Assembly (NCBI RefSeq): GCF_009914755.1
Contig: NC_060946.1
Strand: one strand, 5' to 3'
Source: the human T2T-CHM13v2.0 reference genome, Homo sapiens
DNA: 64,000 bases
Shown: in pieces, positions 26,701-38,800 of the stretch
How positions within the stretch are numbered: position 1 is the first letter of the stretch
How the letters are laid out: each line of letters starts with the position of its first letter
The notes under the pieces: generated by a model
What the model saw: only the letters and a program-made list of their open reading frames with translations
Database searches by the model: none
What the model was told of the DNA's origin: nothing
Program-made: the position numbers and the translations under genes

Positions 26701-29700
26701 CCAACCGTCCGAAACGTCCACTTCCATATACTACAAAAAGAGCGTTTCAAACCTGCTCTATGAAAGGCAATGTTCAACTCTGTGACTTGAATGCAGACAT
26801 CACAGAGCAGTTTCTGAGAATGCTTCTGTCTAGATTTTATAGGAAGATATTCCCGTTTCCAACGAAATCTTCACAGCTATCCAAATATCCACTTGCAGAT
26901 TCTACAAAAAGAGTGTATCAAAACTGCTCTGTCAAAAGGAAGGTTCTTCTCTGTTAGGTGAGTGCATACGTCATAAAGGAGTTTCTGAGAATGTTTCTGT
27001 CTAGTGGTTATGGGAAGATATTTGCTTTTTCACCGTAGGCCTCAGAGCGCTCCAAATATCCACTTGCACATACTACAAAAAGAGTGCCTCAGAGCTGCTC
27101 TCTGAAACGGAATGTTCAACTCTATGAGTTGAATGCAAACATCACAAAGACGTTTCTGAGAATGCTTCTGTCTAGATTTGATATGAAGATATTCCCGTTT
27201 CCAACGAAATCTTCAAATCTATCCAAATGTCCACTTGCAGATTCAACAAAAAGTGTTTTTCAGAACTGCTCTATCAAAAGAAAGATCCACCTCTGTTAGC
27301 TGAGTTCACACATCACAAACAAGTTTATGAGAATGCTTCTGTCTAGTTTTTATTTGAAGATATTTCCTTTCTCACCATAGACCTGAAAGCTGTCCTAATG
27401 TTCACTTCCAGATACTACAGAAAGAGTGTTTCAAAACTGCTGTACGAAAGGGAATGTTCAACTCTGTGACTTGAATGCACACATCACAAAGAAGTTTCTG
27501 AGGATGCTGCTGTCTACTTTTTATACGTAATCCCGTTTCCAACGAAATCCTCCAAGCTATCCAAATATCCACTTGCAGATTCCACAGAAAGACTGTTTCA
27601 AAACTGCTCTGTCAATAGAAAGGTTCAACTCTGTTAGCTGCGTGCATATATCCCGAAGAAGATTCTGAGATTCCTTCTGTCTAGTTTTTATGGGAAGATA
27701 TTTCCCTTTTCACCGTAGGCGTCAAGGCGCTCCAAATGTCCACTTCCAGATACTACAAAAAGAGTGTTTCAAACCTACTCTGTGAAAGGGAATATTCAAC
27801 TCTGTGACTTGAATGCACATATCACAAAGAAGTTTCTGAGAATGCTTCTGTCGAGATTTTATATGAAGATATTCCCGTTTCCAACGAAATCCTGAAATCT
27901 ATCCAAATATCCCCTCGCAGATTCTACAAAAAGAGTGTTTCAAAACTGTTCTGTAAAAAGAAAGGTTCAACTCTGTTAGTTGAGTACACACATCACAAAC
28001 AAGTATCACAGAATGCTTCTTTCTAGCTTGTAGGGGAAGATATTCCCTTTATCACCATGGGCCTCAAACCGTCCGAAACGTCCACTTCCATATACTTCAA
28101 AAAGAGCGTTTCAAACCTGCTCTATGAAAGGCAATGTTCAACTCTGTGACTTGAATGCAGACATCACAGAGCTGTTTATGAGAATGCTTCTGTCTAGATT
28201 TTATAGGATGATATTCCCGTTTCCAACGAAATCTTCACAGCTATCCAAATATCCACTTGCAGATTCTACAAAAAGAGTGTATCCAAACTGCTCTGGCAAA
28301 AGGAAGGTTCTTCTCTGTTAAGTGAGTGCATACGTCATAAAGGAGTTTCTGAGAATGTTTCTGTCTAGTGGTTATGGGAAGATATTTGCTTTTTCACCGT
28401 AGGCCTCAGAGCGCTCCAAATATCCACTTGCACATACTACAAAAAGAGTGCCTCAAAGCTGCTCTCTGAAATGGAATGTTCAACTCTATGAGTTGAATGC
28501 AAACATCACAAAGACGTTTCTGAGAATGCTTCTGTCTAGATTTGATATGAAGATATTCCCGTTTCCAACGAAATCTTCAAATCTATCCAAATGTCCACTT
28601 CTATAATCAACAAAAAGTGTTTTTCAGAACTGCTCTATCAAAAGAAAGATCCACCTCTGTTAGCTGAGTTCACACATCCAAACAAGTTTATGAGAATGCT
28701 TCTGTCTAGTTTTTATTTGAAGATATTTCCTTTCTCACCATAGACCTGAAAGCTGTCCTAATGTTCACTTCCAGATACTACAGAAAGAGTGTTTAAAAAC
28801 TGCTGTACGAAAGGGAATGTTCAACTCTGTGACTTGAATGCACACATCACAAAGAAGTTTCTGAGGATGCTGCTGTCTACTTTTTATACGTAATCCCGTT
28901 TCCAACGAAATCCTCCAAGCTATCCAAATATCCACTTGCAGATTCCACAGAAAGACTGTTTCAAAACTGCTCTGTCAATAGAAAGGTTCAACTCTGTTAG
29001 CTGCGTGCATATATCCCAAAGAAGATTCTGAGATTGCTTCTGTCTAGTTTTTATGGGAAGATATTTCCCTTTTCACCGTAGGTGTCAAGGCGCTCCAAAT
29101 GTCCACTTCCAGATACTACAAAAAGAGTGTTTCAAACCTACTCTGTGAAAAGGAATATTCAACTCTGTGACTTTAATGCACATATCACAAAGAAGTTTCT
29201 GAGAATGCTTCTGTCGAGATTTTATATGAAGATATTCCCGTTTCCAACGAAATCCTGAAATCTATCCAAATATCCCCTCGCAGATTCTACAAAAAGAGTG
29301 TTTCAAAACTGCTCTGTAAAAAGAAAGGTTCAACTCTGTTAGTTGAGTACACACATCACAAACAAGTTTCACAGAATGCTTCTTTCTAGCTTGTAGGGGA
29401 AGATATTCCCTTTATCACCATGGGCCTCCAACCGTCCGAAACGTCCACTTCCATATACTACAAAAAGAGCGTTTCAAACCTGCTCTATGAAAGGCAATGT
29501 TCAACTCTGTGACTTGAATGCAGACATCACAGAGCAGTTTCTGAGAATGCTTCTGTCTAGATTTTATAGGAAGATATTCCCGTTTCCAACGAAATCTTCA
29601 CAGCTATCCAAATATCCACTTGCAGATTCTACAAAAAGAGTGTATCAAAACTGCTCTGTCAAAAGGAAGGTTCTTCTCTGTTAGGTGAGTGCATACGTCA

Positions 29701-29818
29701 TAAAGGAGTTTCTGAGAATGTTTCTGTCTAGTGGTTATGGGAAGATATTTGCTTTTTCACCGTAGGCCTCAGAGCGCTCCAAATATCCACTTGCACATAC
29801 TACAAAAAGAGTGCCTCA

Positions 29819-32800
29819 AAGCTGCTCTTTGAAACGGAATGTTCAACTCTATGAGTTGAATGCAAACATCACAAAGACGTTTCTGAGAATGCTTCTGTCT
29901 AGATTTGATATGAAGATATTCCCGTTTCCAACGAAATCTTCAAATCTATCCAAATGTCCACTTGCAGATTCAACAAAAAGTGGTTTTCAGAACTGCTCTA
30001 TCAAAAGAAAGATCCACATCTGTTAGCTGAGTTCACACATCACAAACAAGTTTATGAGAATGCTTCTGTCTAGTTTTTATTTGAAGATATTTCCTTTCTC
30101 ACCATAGACCTGAAAGCTGTCCTAATGTTCACTTCCAGATACTACAGAAAGAGTGTTTCAAAACTGCTGTATGAAAGGGAATGTTCAACTCTGTGACTTG
30201 AATGCACACATCACAAAGAAGTTTCTGAGGATGCTGCTGTCTACTTTTTATATGTAATCCCGTTTCCAACGAAATCCTCCAAGCTATCCAAATATCCACT
30301 TGCAGATTCCACAGAAAGACTGTTTCAAAACTGCTCTGTCAATAGAAAGGTTCAACTCTGTTAGCTGCGTGCATATATCCCAAAGAAGATTCTGAGATTG
30401 CTTCTGTCTAGTTTTTATGGGAAGATATTTCCCTTTTCACCGTAGGCGTCAAGGCGCTCCAAATGTCCACTTCCAGATACTACAAAAAGAGTGTTTCAAA
30501 CCTACTCTGTGAAAGGGAATATTCAACTCTGTGACTTGAATGCACATATCACAAAGAAGTTTCTGAGAATGCTTCTGTCGAGATTTTATATGAAGATATT
30601 CCCGTTTCCAACGAAATCCTGAAATCTATCCAAATATCCCCTCGCAGATTCTACAAAAAGAGTGTTTCAAAACTGCTCTGTAAAAAGAAAGGTTCAACTC
30701 TGTTAGTTGAGTACACACATCACAAACAAGTTTCACAGAATGCTTCTTTCTAGCTTGTAGGGGAAGATATTCCCTTTATCACCATGGGCCTCCAACCGTC
30801 CGAAACGTCCACTTCCATATACTACAAAAAGAGCGTTTCAAACCTGCTCTAGGAAAGGCAATGTTCAACTCTGTGACTTGAATGCAGACATCACAGAGCA
30901 GTTTCTGAGAATGCTTCTGTCTAGATTTTATAGGAAGATATTCCCGTTTCCAACGAAATCTTCACAGCTATCCAAATATCCACTTGCAGATTCTACAAAA
31001 AGAGTGTATCAAAACTGCTCTGTCAAAAGGAAGGTTCTTCTCTGTTAGGTGAGTGCATACGTCATAAAGGAGTTTCTGAGAATGTTTCTGTCTAGTGGTT
31101 ATGGGAAGATATTTGCTTTTTCACCGTAGGCCTCAGAGCGCTCCAAATATCCACTTGCACATACTACAAAAAGAGTGCCTCAGAGCTGCTCTCTGAAACG
31201 GAATGTTCAACTCTATGAGTTGAATGCAAACATCACAAAGACGTTTCTGAGAATGCTTCTGTCTAGATTTGATATGAAGATATTCCCGTTTCCAACGAAA
31301 TCTTCAAATCTATCCAAATGTCCACTTGCAGATTCAACAAAAAGTGTTTTTCAGAACTGCTCTATCAAAAGAAAGATCCACCTCTGTTAGCTGAGTTCAC
31401 ACATCACAAACAAGTTTATGAGAATGCTTCTGTCTAGTTTTTATTTGAAGATATTTCCTTTCTCACCATAGACCTGAAAGCTGTCCTAATGTTCACTTCC
31501 AGATACTACAGAAAGAGTGTTTCAAAACTGCTGTACGAAAGGGAATGTTCAACTCTGTGACTTGAATGCACACATCACAAAGAAGTTTCTGAGGATGCTG
31601 CTGTCTACTTTTTATACGTAATCCCGTTTCCAACGAAATCCTCCAAGCTATCCAAATATCCACTTGCAGATTCCACAGAAAGACTGTTTCAAAACTGCTC
31701 TGTCAATAGAAAGGTTCAACTCTGTTAGCTGCGTGCATATATCCCAAAGAAGATTCTGAGATTCCTTCTGTCTAGTTTTTATGGGAAGATATTTCCCTTT
31801 TCACCGTAGGCGTCAAGGCGCTCCAAATGTCCACTTCCAGATACTACAAAAAGAGTGTTTCAAACCTACTCTGTGAAAGGGAATATTCAACTCTGTGACT
31901 TGAATGCACATATCACAAAGAAGTTTCTGAGAATGCTTCTGTCGAGATTTTATATGAAGATATTCCCGTTTCCAACGAAATCCTGAAATCTATCCAAATA
32001 TCCCCTCGCAGATTCTACAAAAAGAGTGTTTCAAAACTGCTCTGTAAAAAGAAAGGTTCAACTCTGTTAGTTGAGTACACACATCACAAACAAGTTTCAC
32101 AGAATGCTTCTTTCTAGCTTGTAGGGGAAGATATTCCCTTTATCACCATGGTCCTCAAACCGTCCGAAACGTCCACTTCCATATACTACAAAAAGAGCGT
32201 TTCAAACCTGCTCTAGGAAAGGCAATGTTCAACTCTGTGACTTGAATGCAGACATCACAGAGCAGTTTCTGAGAATGCTTCTGTCTAGATTTTATAGGAA
32301 GATATTCCCGTTTCCAACGAAATCTTCACAGCTATCCAAATATCCACTTGCAGATTCTACAAAAAGAGTGTATCAAAACTGCTCTGTCAAAAGGAAGGTT
32401 CTTCTCTGTTAGGTGAGTGCATACGTCATAAAGGAGTTTCTGAGAATGTTTCTGTCTAGTGGTTATGGGAAGATATTTGCTTTTTCACCGTAGGCCTCAG
32501 AGCGCTCCAAATATCCACTTGCACATACTACAAAAAGAGTGCCTCAAAGCTGCTCTCTGAAACGGAATGTTCAACTCTATGAGTTGAATGCAAACATCAC
32601 AAAGACGTTTCTGAGAATGCTTCTGTCTAGATTTGATATGAAGATATTCCCGTTTCCAACGAAATCTTCAAATCTATCCAAATGTCCACTTGCAGATTCA
32701 ACAAAAAGTGTTTTTCAGAACTGCTGTATCAAAAGAAAGATCCACGTCTGTTAGCTGAGTTCACACATCACAAACAAGTTTATGAGAATGCTTCTGTCTA

Positions 32801-35800
32801 GTTTTTATTTGAAGATATTTCCTTTCTCACCATAGACCTGAAAGCTGTCCTAATGTTCACTTCCAGATACTACAGAAAGAGTGTTTCAAAACTGCTGTAC
32901 GAAAGGGAATGTTCAACTCTGTGACTTGAATGCACACATCACAAAGAAGTTTCTGAGGATGCTGCTGTCTACTTTTTATACGTAATCCCGTTTCCAACGA
33001 AATCCTCCAAGCTATCCAAATATCCACTTGCAGATTCCACAGAAAGACTGTTTCAAAACTGCTCTGTCAATAGAAAGGTTCAACTCTGTTAGCTGCGTGC
33101 ATATATCCCAAAGAAGATTCTGAGATTGCTTCTGTCTAGTTTTTATGGGAAGATATTTCCCTTTTCACCGTAGGCGTCAAGGCGCTCCAAATGTCCACTT
33201 CCAGATACTACAAAAAGAGTGTTTCAAACCTACTCTGTGAAAGGGAATATTCAACTCTGTGACTTGAATGCACATATCACAAAGAAGTTTCTGAGAATGC
33301 TTCTGTCGAGATTTTATATGAAGATATTCCCGTTTCCAACGAAATCCTGAAATCTATCCAAATATCCCCTCGCAGATTCTACAAAAAGAGTGTTTCAAAA
33401 CTGCTCTGTAAAAAGAAAGGTTCAACTCTGTTAGTTGAGTACACACATCACAAACAAGTTTCACAGAATGCTTCTTTCTAGCTTGTAGGGGAAGATATTC
33501 CCTTTATCACCATGGTCCTCAAACCGTCCGAAACGTCCACTTCCATATACTACAAAAAGAGCGTTTCAAACCTGCTCTAGGAAAGGCAATGTTCAACTCT
33601 GTGACTTGAATGCAGACATCACAGAACAGTTTCTGAGAATGCTTCTGTCTAGATTTTATAGGAAGATATTCCCGTTTCCAACGAAATCTTCACAGCTATC
33701 CAAATATCCACTTGCAGATTCTACAAAAAGAGTGTATCAAAACTGCTCTGTCAAAAGGAAGGTTCTTCTCTGTTAGGTGAGTGCATACGTCATAAAGGAG
33801 TTTCTGAGAATGTTTCTGTCTAGTGGTTATGGGAAGATATTTGCTTTTTCACCGTAGGCCTCAGAGCGCTCCAAATATCCACTTGCACATACTACAAAAA
33901 GAGTGCCTCAAAGCTGCTCTCTGAAACGGAATGTTCAACTCTATGAGTTGAATGCAAACATCACAAAGACGTTTCTGAGAATGCTTCTGTCTAGATTTGA
34001 TATGAAGATATTCCCGTTTCCAACGAAATCTTCAAATCTATCCAAATGTCCACTTGCAGATTCAACAAAAAGTGTTTTTCAGAACTGCTCTATCAAAAGA
34101 AAGATCCACCTCTGTTAGCTGAGTTCACACATCACAAACAAGTTTATGAGAATGCTTCTGTCTAGTTTTTATTTGAAGATATTTCCTTTCTCACCATAGA
34201 CCTGAAAGCTGTCCTAATGTTCACTTCCAGATACTACAGAAAGAGTGTTTCAAAACTGCTGTACGAAAGGGAATGTTCAACTCTGTGACTTGAATGCACA
34301 CATCACAAAGAAGTTTCTGAGGATGCTGCTGTCTACTTTTTATACGTAATCTCGTTTCCAACGAAATCCTCCAAGCTATCCAAATATCCACTTGCAGATT
34401 CCACAGAAAGACTGTTTCAAAACTGCTCTGTCAATAGAAAGGTTCAACTCTGTTAGCTGCGTGCATATATCCCAAAGAAGATTCTGAGATTCCTTCTGTC
34501 TAGTTTTTATGGGAAGATATTTCCCTTTTCACCGTAGGCGTCAAGGCCCTCCAAATGTCCACTTCCAGATACTACAAAAAGAGTGTTTCAAACCTACTCT
34601 GTGAAAGGGAATATTCAACTCTGTGACTTGAATGCACATATCACAAAGAAGTTTCTGAGAATGCTTCTGTCGAGATTTTATATGAAGATATTCCCGTTTC
34701 CAACGAAATCCTGAAATCTATCCAAATATCCCCTCGCAGATTCTACAAAAAGAGTGTTTCAAAACTGTTCTGTAAAAAGAAAGGTTCAACTCTGTTAGTT
34801 GAGTACACACATCACAAACAAGTATCACAGAATGCTTCTTTCTAGCTTGTAGGGGAAGATATTCCCTTTATCACCATGGGCCTCAAACCGTCCGAAACGT
34901 CCACTTCCATATACTTCAAAAAGAGCGTTTCAAACCTGCTCTATGAAAGGCAATGTTCAACTCTGTGACTTGAATGCAGACATCACAGAGCTGTTTATGA
35001 GAATGCTTCTGTCTAGATTTTATAGGATGATATTCCCGTTTCCAACGAAATCTTCACAGCTATCCAAATATCCACTTGCAGATTCTACAAAAAGAGTGTA
35101 TCCAAACTGCTCTGGCAAAAGGAAGGTTCTTCTCTGTTAGGTGAGTGCATACGTCATAAAGGAGTTTCTGAGAATGTTTCTGTCTAGTGGTTATGGGAAG
35201 ATATTTGCTTTTTCACCGTAGGCCTCAGAGCGCTCCAAATATCCACTTGCACATACTACAAAAAGAGTGCCTCAAAGCTGCTCTCTGAAATGGAATGTTC
35301 AACTCTATGAGTTGAATGCAAACATCACAAAGACGTTTCTGAGAATGCTTCTGTCTAGATTTGATATGAAGATATTCCCGTTTCCAACGAAATCTTCAAA
35401 TCTATCCAAATGTCCACTTGCAGATTCAACAAAAAGTGTTTTTCAGAACTGCTCTATCAAAAGAAAGATCCACCTCTGTTAGCTGAGTTCACACATCCAA
35501 ACAAGTTTATGAGAATGCTTCTGTCTAGTTTTTATTTGAAGATATTTCCTTTCTCACCATAGACCTGAAAGCTGTCCTAATGTTCACTTCCAGATACTAC
35601 AGAAAGAGTGTTTAAAAACTGCTGTACGAAAGGGAATGTTCAACTCTGTGACTTGAATGCACACATCACAAAGAAGTTTCTGAGGATGCTGCTGTCTACT
35701 TTTTATACGTAATCCCGTTTCCAACGAAATCCTCCAAGCTATCCAAATATCCACTTGCAGATTCCACAGAAAGACTGTTTCAAAACTGCTCTGTCAATAG

Positions 35801-38800
35801 AAAGGTTCAACTCTGTTAGCTGCGTGCATATATCCCAAAGAAGATTCTGAGATTGCTTCTGTCTAGTTTTTATGGGAAGATATTTCCCTTTTCACCGTAG
35901 GCGTCAAGGCGCTCCAAATGTCCACTTCCAGATACTACAAAAAGAGTGTTTCAAACCTACTCTGTGAAAGGGAATATTCAACTCTGTGACTTTAATGCAC
36001 ATATCACAAAGAAGTTTCTGATAATGCTTCTGTCGAGATTTTATATGAAGATATTCCCGTTTCCAACGAAATCCTGAAATCTATCCAAATATCCCCTCGC
36101 AGATTCTACAAAAAGAGTGTTTCAAAACTGCTCTGTAAAAAGAAAGGTTCAACTCTGTTAGTTGAGTACACACATCACAAACAAGTTTCACAGAATGCTT
36201 CTTTCTAGCTTGTAGGGGAAGATATTCCCTTTATCACCATGGGCCTCCAACCGTCCGAAACGTCCACTTCCATATACTACAAAAAGAGCGTTTCAAACCT
36301 GCTCTATGAAAGGCAATGTTCAACTCTGTGACTTGAATGCAGACATCACAGAGCAGTTTCTGAGAATGCTTCTGTCTAGATTTTATAGGAAGATATTCCC
36401 GTTTCCAACGAAATCTTCACAGCTATCCAAATATCCACTTGCAGATTCTACAAAAAGAGTGTATCAAAACTGCTCTGTCAAAAGGAAGGTTCTTCTCTGT
36501 TAGGTGAGTGCATACGTCATAAAGGAGTTTCTGAGAATGTTTCTGTCTAGTGGTTATGGGAAGATATTTGCTTTTTCACCGTAGGCCTCAGAGCGCTCCA
36601 AATATCCACTTGCACATACTACAAAAAGAGTGCCTCAAAGCTGCTCTTTGAAACGGAATGTTCAACTCTATGAGTTGAATGCAAACATCACAAAGACGTT
36701 TCTGAGAATGCTTCTGTCTAGATTTGATATGAAGATATTCCCGTTTCCAACGAAATCTTCAAATCTATCCAAATGTCCACTTGCAGATTCAACAAAAAGT
36801 GTTTTTCAGAACTGCTCTATCAAAAGAAAGATCCACATCTGTTAGCTGAGTTCACACATCACAAACAAGTTTATGAGAATGCTTCTGTCTAGTTTTTATT
36901 TGAAGATATTTCCTTTCTCACCATAGACCTGAAAGCTGTCCTAATGTTCACTTCCAGATACTACAGAAAGAGTGTTTCAAAACTGCTGTATGAAAGGGAA
37001 TGTTCAACTCTGTGACTTGAATGCACACATCACAAAGAAGTTTCTGAGGATGCTGCTGTCTACTTTTTATATGTAATCCCGTTTCCAACGAAATCCTCCA
37101 AGCTATCCAAATATCCACTTGCAGATTCCACAGAAAGACTGTTTCAAAACTGCTCTGTCAATAGAAAGGTTCAACTCTGTTAGCTGCGTGCATATATCCC
37201 AAAGAAGATTCTGAGATTGCTTCTGTCTAGTTTTTATGGGAAGATATTTCCCTTTTCACCGTAGGCGTCAAGGCGCTCCAAATGTCCACTTCCAGATACT
37301 ACAAAAAGAGTGTTTCAAACCTACTCTGTGAAAGGGAATATTCAACTCTGTGACTTGAATGCACATATCACAAAGAAGTTTCTGAGAATGCTTCTGTCGA
37401 GATTTTATATGAAGATATTCCCGTTTCCAACGAAATCCTGAAATCTATCCAAATATCCCCTCGCAGATTCTACAAAAAGAGTGTTTCAAAACTGCTCTGT
37501 AAAAAGAAAGGTTCAACTCTGTTAGTTGAGTACACACATCACAAACAAGTTTCACAGAATGCTTCTTTCTAGCTTGTAGGGGAAGATATTCCCTTTATCA
37601 CCATGGGCCTCCAACCGTCCGAAACGTCCACTTCCATATACTACAAAAAGAGCGTTTCAAACCTGCTCTAGGAAAGGCAATGTTCAACTCTGTGACTTGA
37701 ATGCAGACATCACAGAGCAGTTTCTGAGAATGCTTCTGTCTAGATTTTATAGGAAGATATTCCCGTTTCCAACGAAATCTTCACAGCTATCCAAATATCC
37801 ACTTGCAGATTCTACAAAAAGAGTGTATCAAAACTGCTCTGTCAAAAGGAAGGTTCTTCTCTGTTAGGTGAGTGCATACGTCATAAAGGAGTTTCTGAGA
37901 ATGTTTCTGTCTAGTGGTTATGGGAAGATATTTGCTTTTTCACCGTAGGCCTCAGAGCGCTCCAAATATCCACTTGCACATACTACAAAAAGAGTGCCTC
38001 AGAGCTGCTCTCTGAAACGGAATGTTCAACTCTATGAGTTGAATGCAAACATCACAAAGACGTTTCTGAGAATGCTTCTGTCTAGATTTGATATGAAGAT
38101 ATTCCCGTTTCCAACGAAATCTTCAAATCTATCCAAATGTCCACTTGCAGATTCAACAAAAAGTGTTTTTCAGAACTGCTCTATCAAAAGAAAGATCCAC
38201 CTCTGTTAGCTGAGTTCACACATCACAAACAAGTTTATGAGAATGCTTCTGTCTAGTTTTTATTTGAAGATATTTCCTTTCTCACCATAGACCTGAAAGC
38301 TGTCCTAATGTTCACTTCCAGATACTACAGAAAGAGTGTTTCAAAACTGCTGTACGAAAGGGAATGTTCAACTCTGTGACTTGAATGCACACATCACAAA
38401 GAAGTTTCTGAGGATGCTGCTGTCTACTTTTTATACGTAATCCCGTTTCCAACGAAATCCTCCAAGCTATCCAAATATCCACTTGCAGATTCCACAGAAA
38501 GACTGTTTCAAAACTGCTCTGTCAATAGAAAGGTTCAACTCTGTTAGCTGCGTGCATATATCCCAAAGAAGATTCTGAGATTCCTTCTGTCTAGTTTTTA
38601 TGGGAAGATATTTCCCTTTTCACCGTAGGCGTCAAGGCGCTCCAAATGTCCACTTCCAGATACTACAAAAAGAGTGTTTCAAACCTACTCTGTGAAAGGG
38701 AATATTCAACTCTGTGACTTGAATGCACATATCACAAAGAAGTTTCTGAGAATGCTTCTGTCGAGATTTTATATGAAGATATTCCCGTTTCCAACGAAAT

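Larger units (their letters stand above)
1..29818 (-). repeat. Sub-array 1: about 11 tandem copies of a 2727-bp (1363+1364) dimer of octamers
   Basis: The variant ORF 'ELFMRM...SGKRK' starts at 856, 3583, 6310, 9037, 11764, 14491, 17218, 19945, 22671, 25397 and 28124 (period 2727, twice 2726). About 20 diagnostic variants alternate in phase. Confidence 0.93.

Noticed and set aside
1-29818. Assignment to the chr20 16-mer HOR (D20Z2) because of the ~2.7-kb period
   Set aside because: The two halves differ by only ~1.5%, and the same array continues as a plain 1364-bp octamer. This fits a local dimer of an 8-mer better. An HMM monomer classification would settle it.
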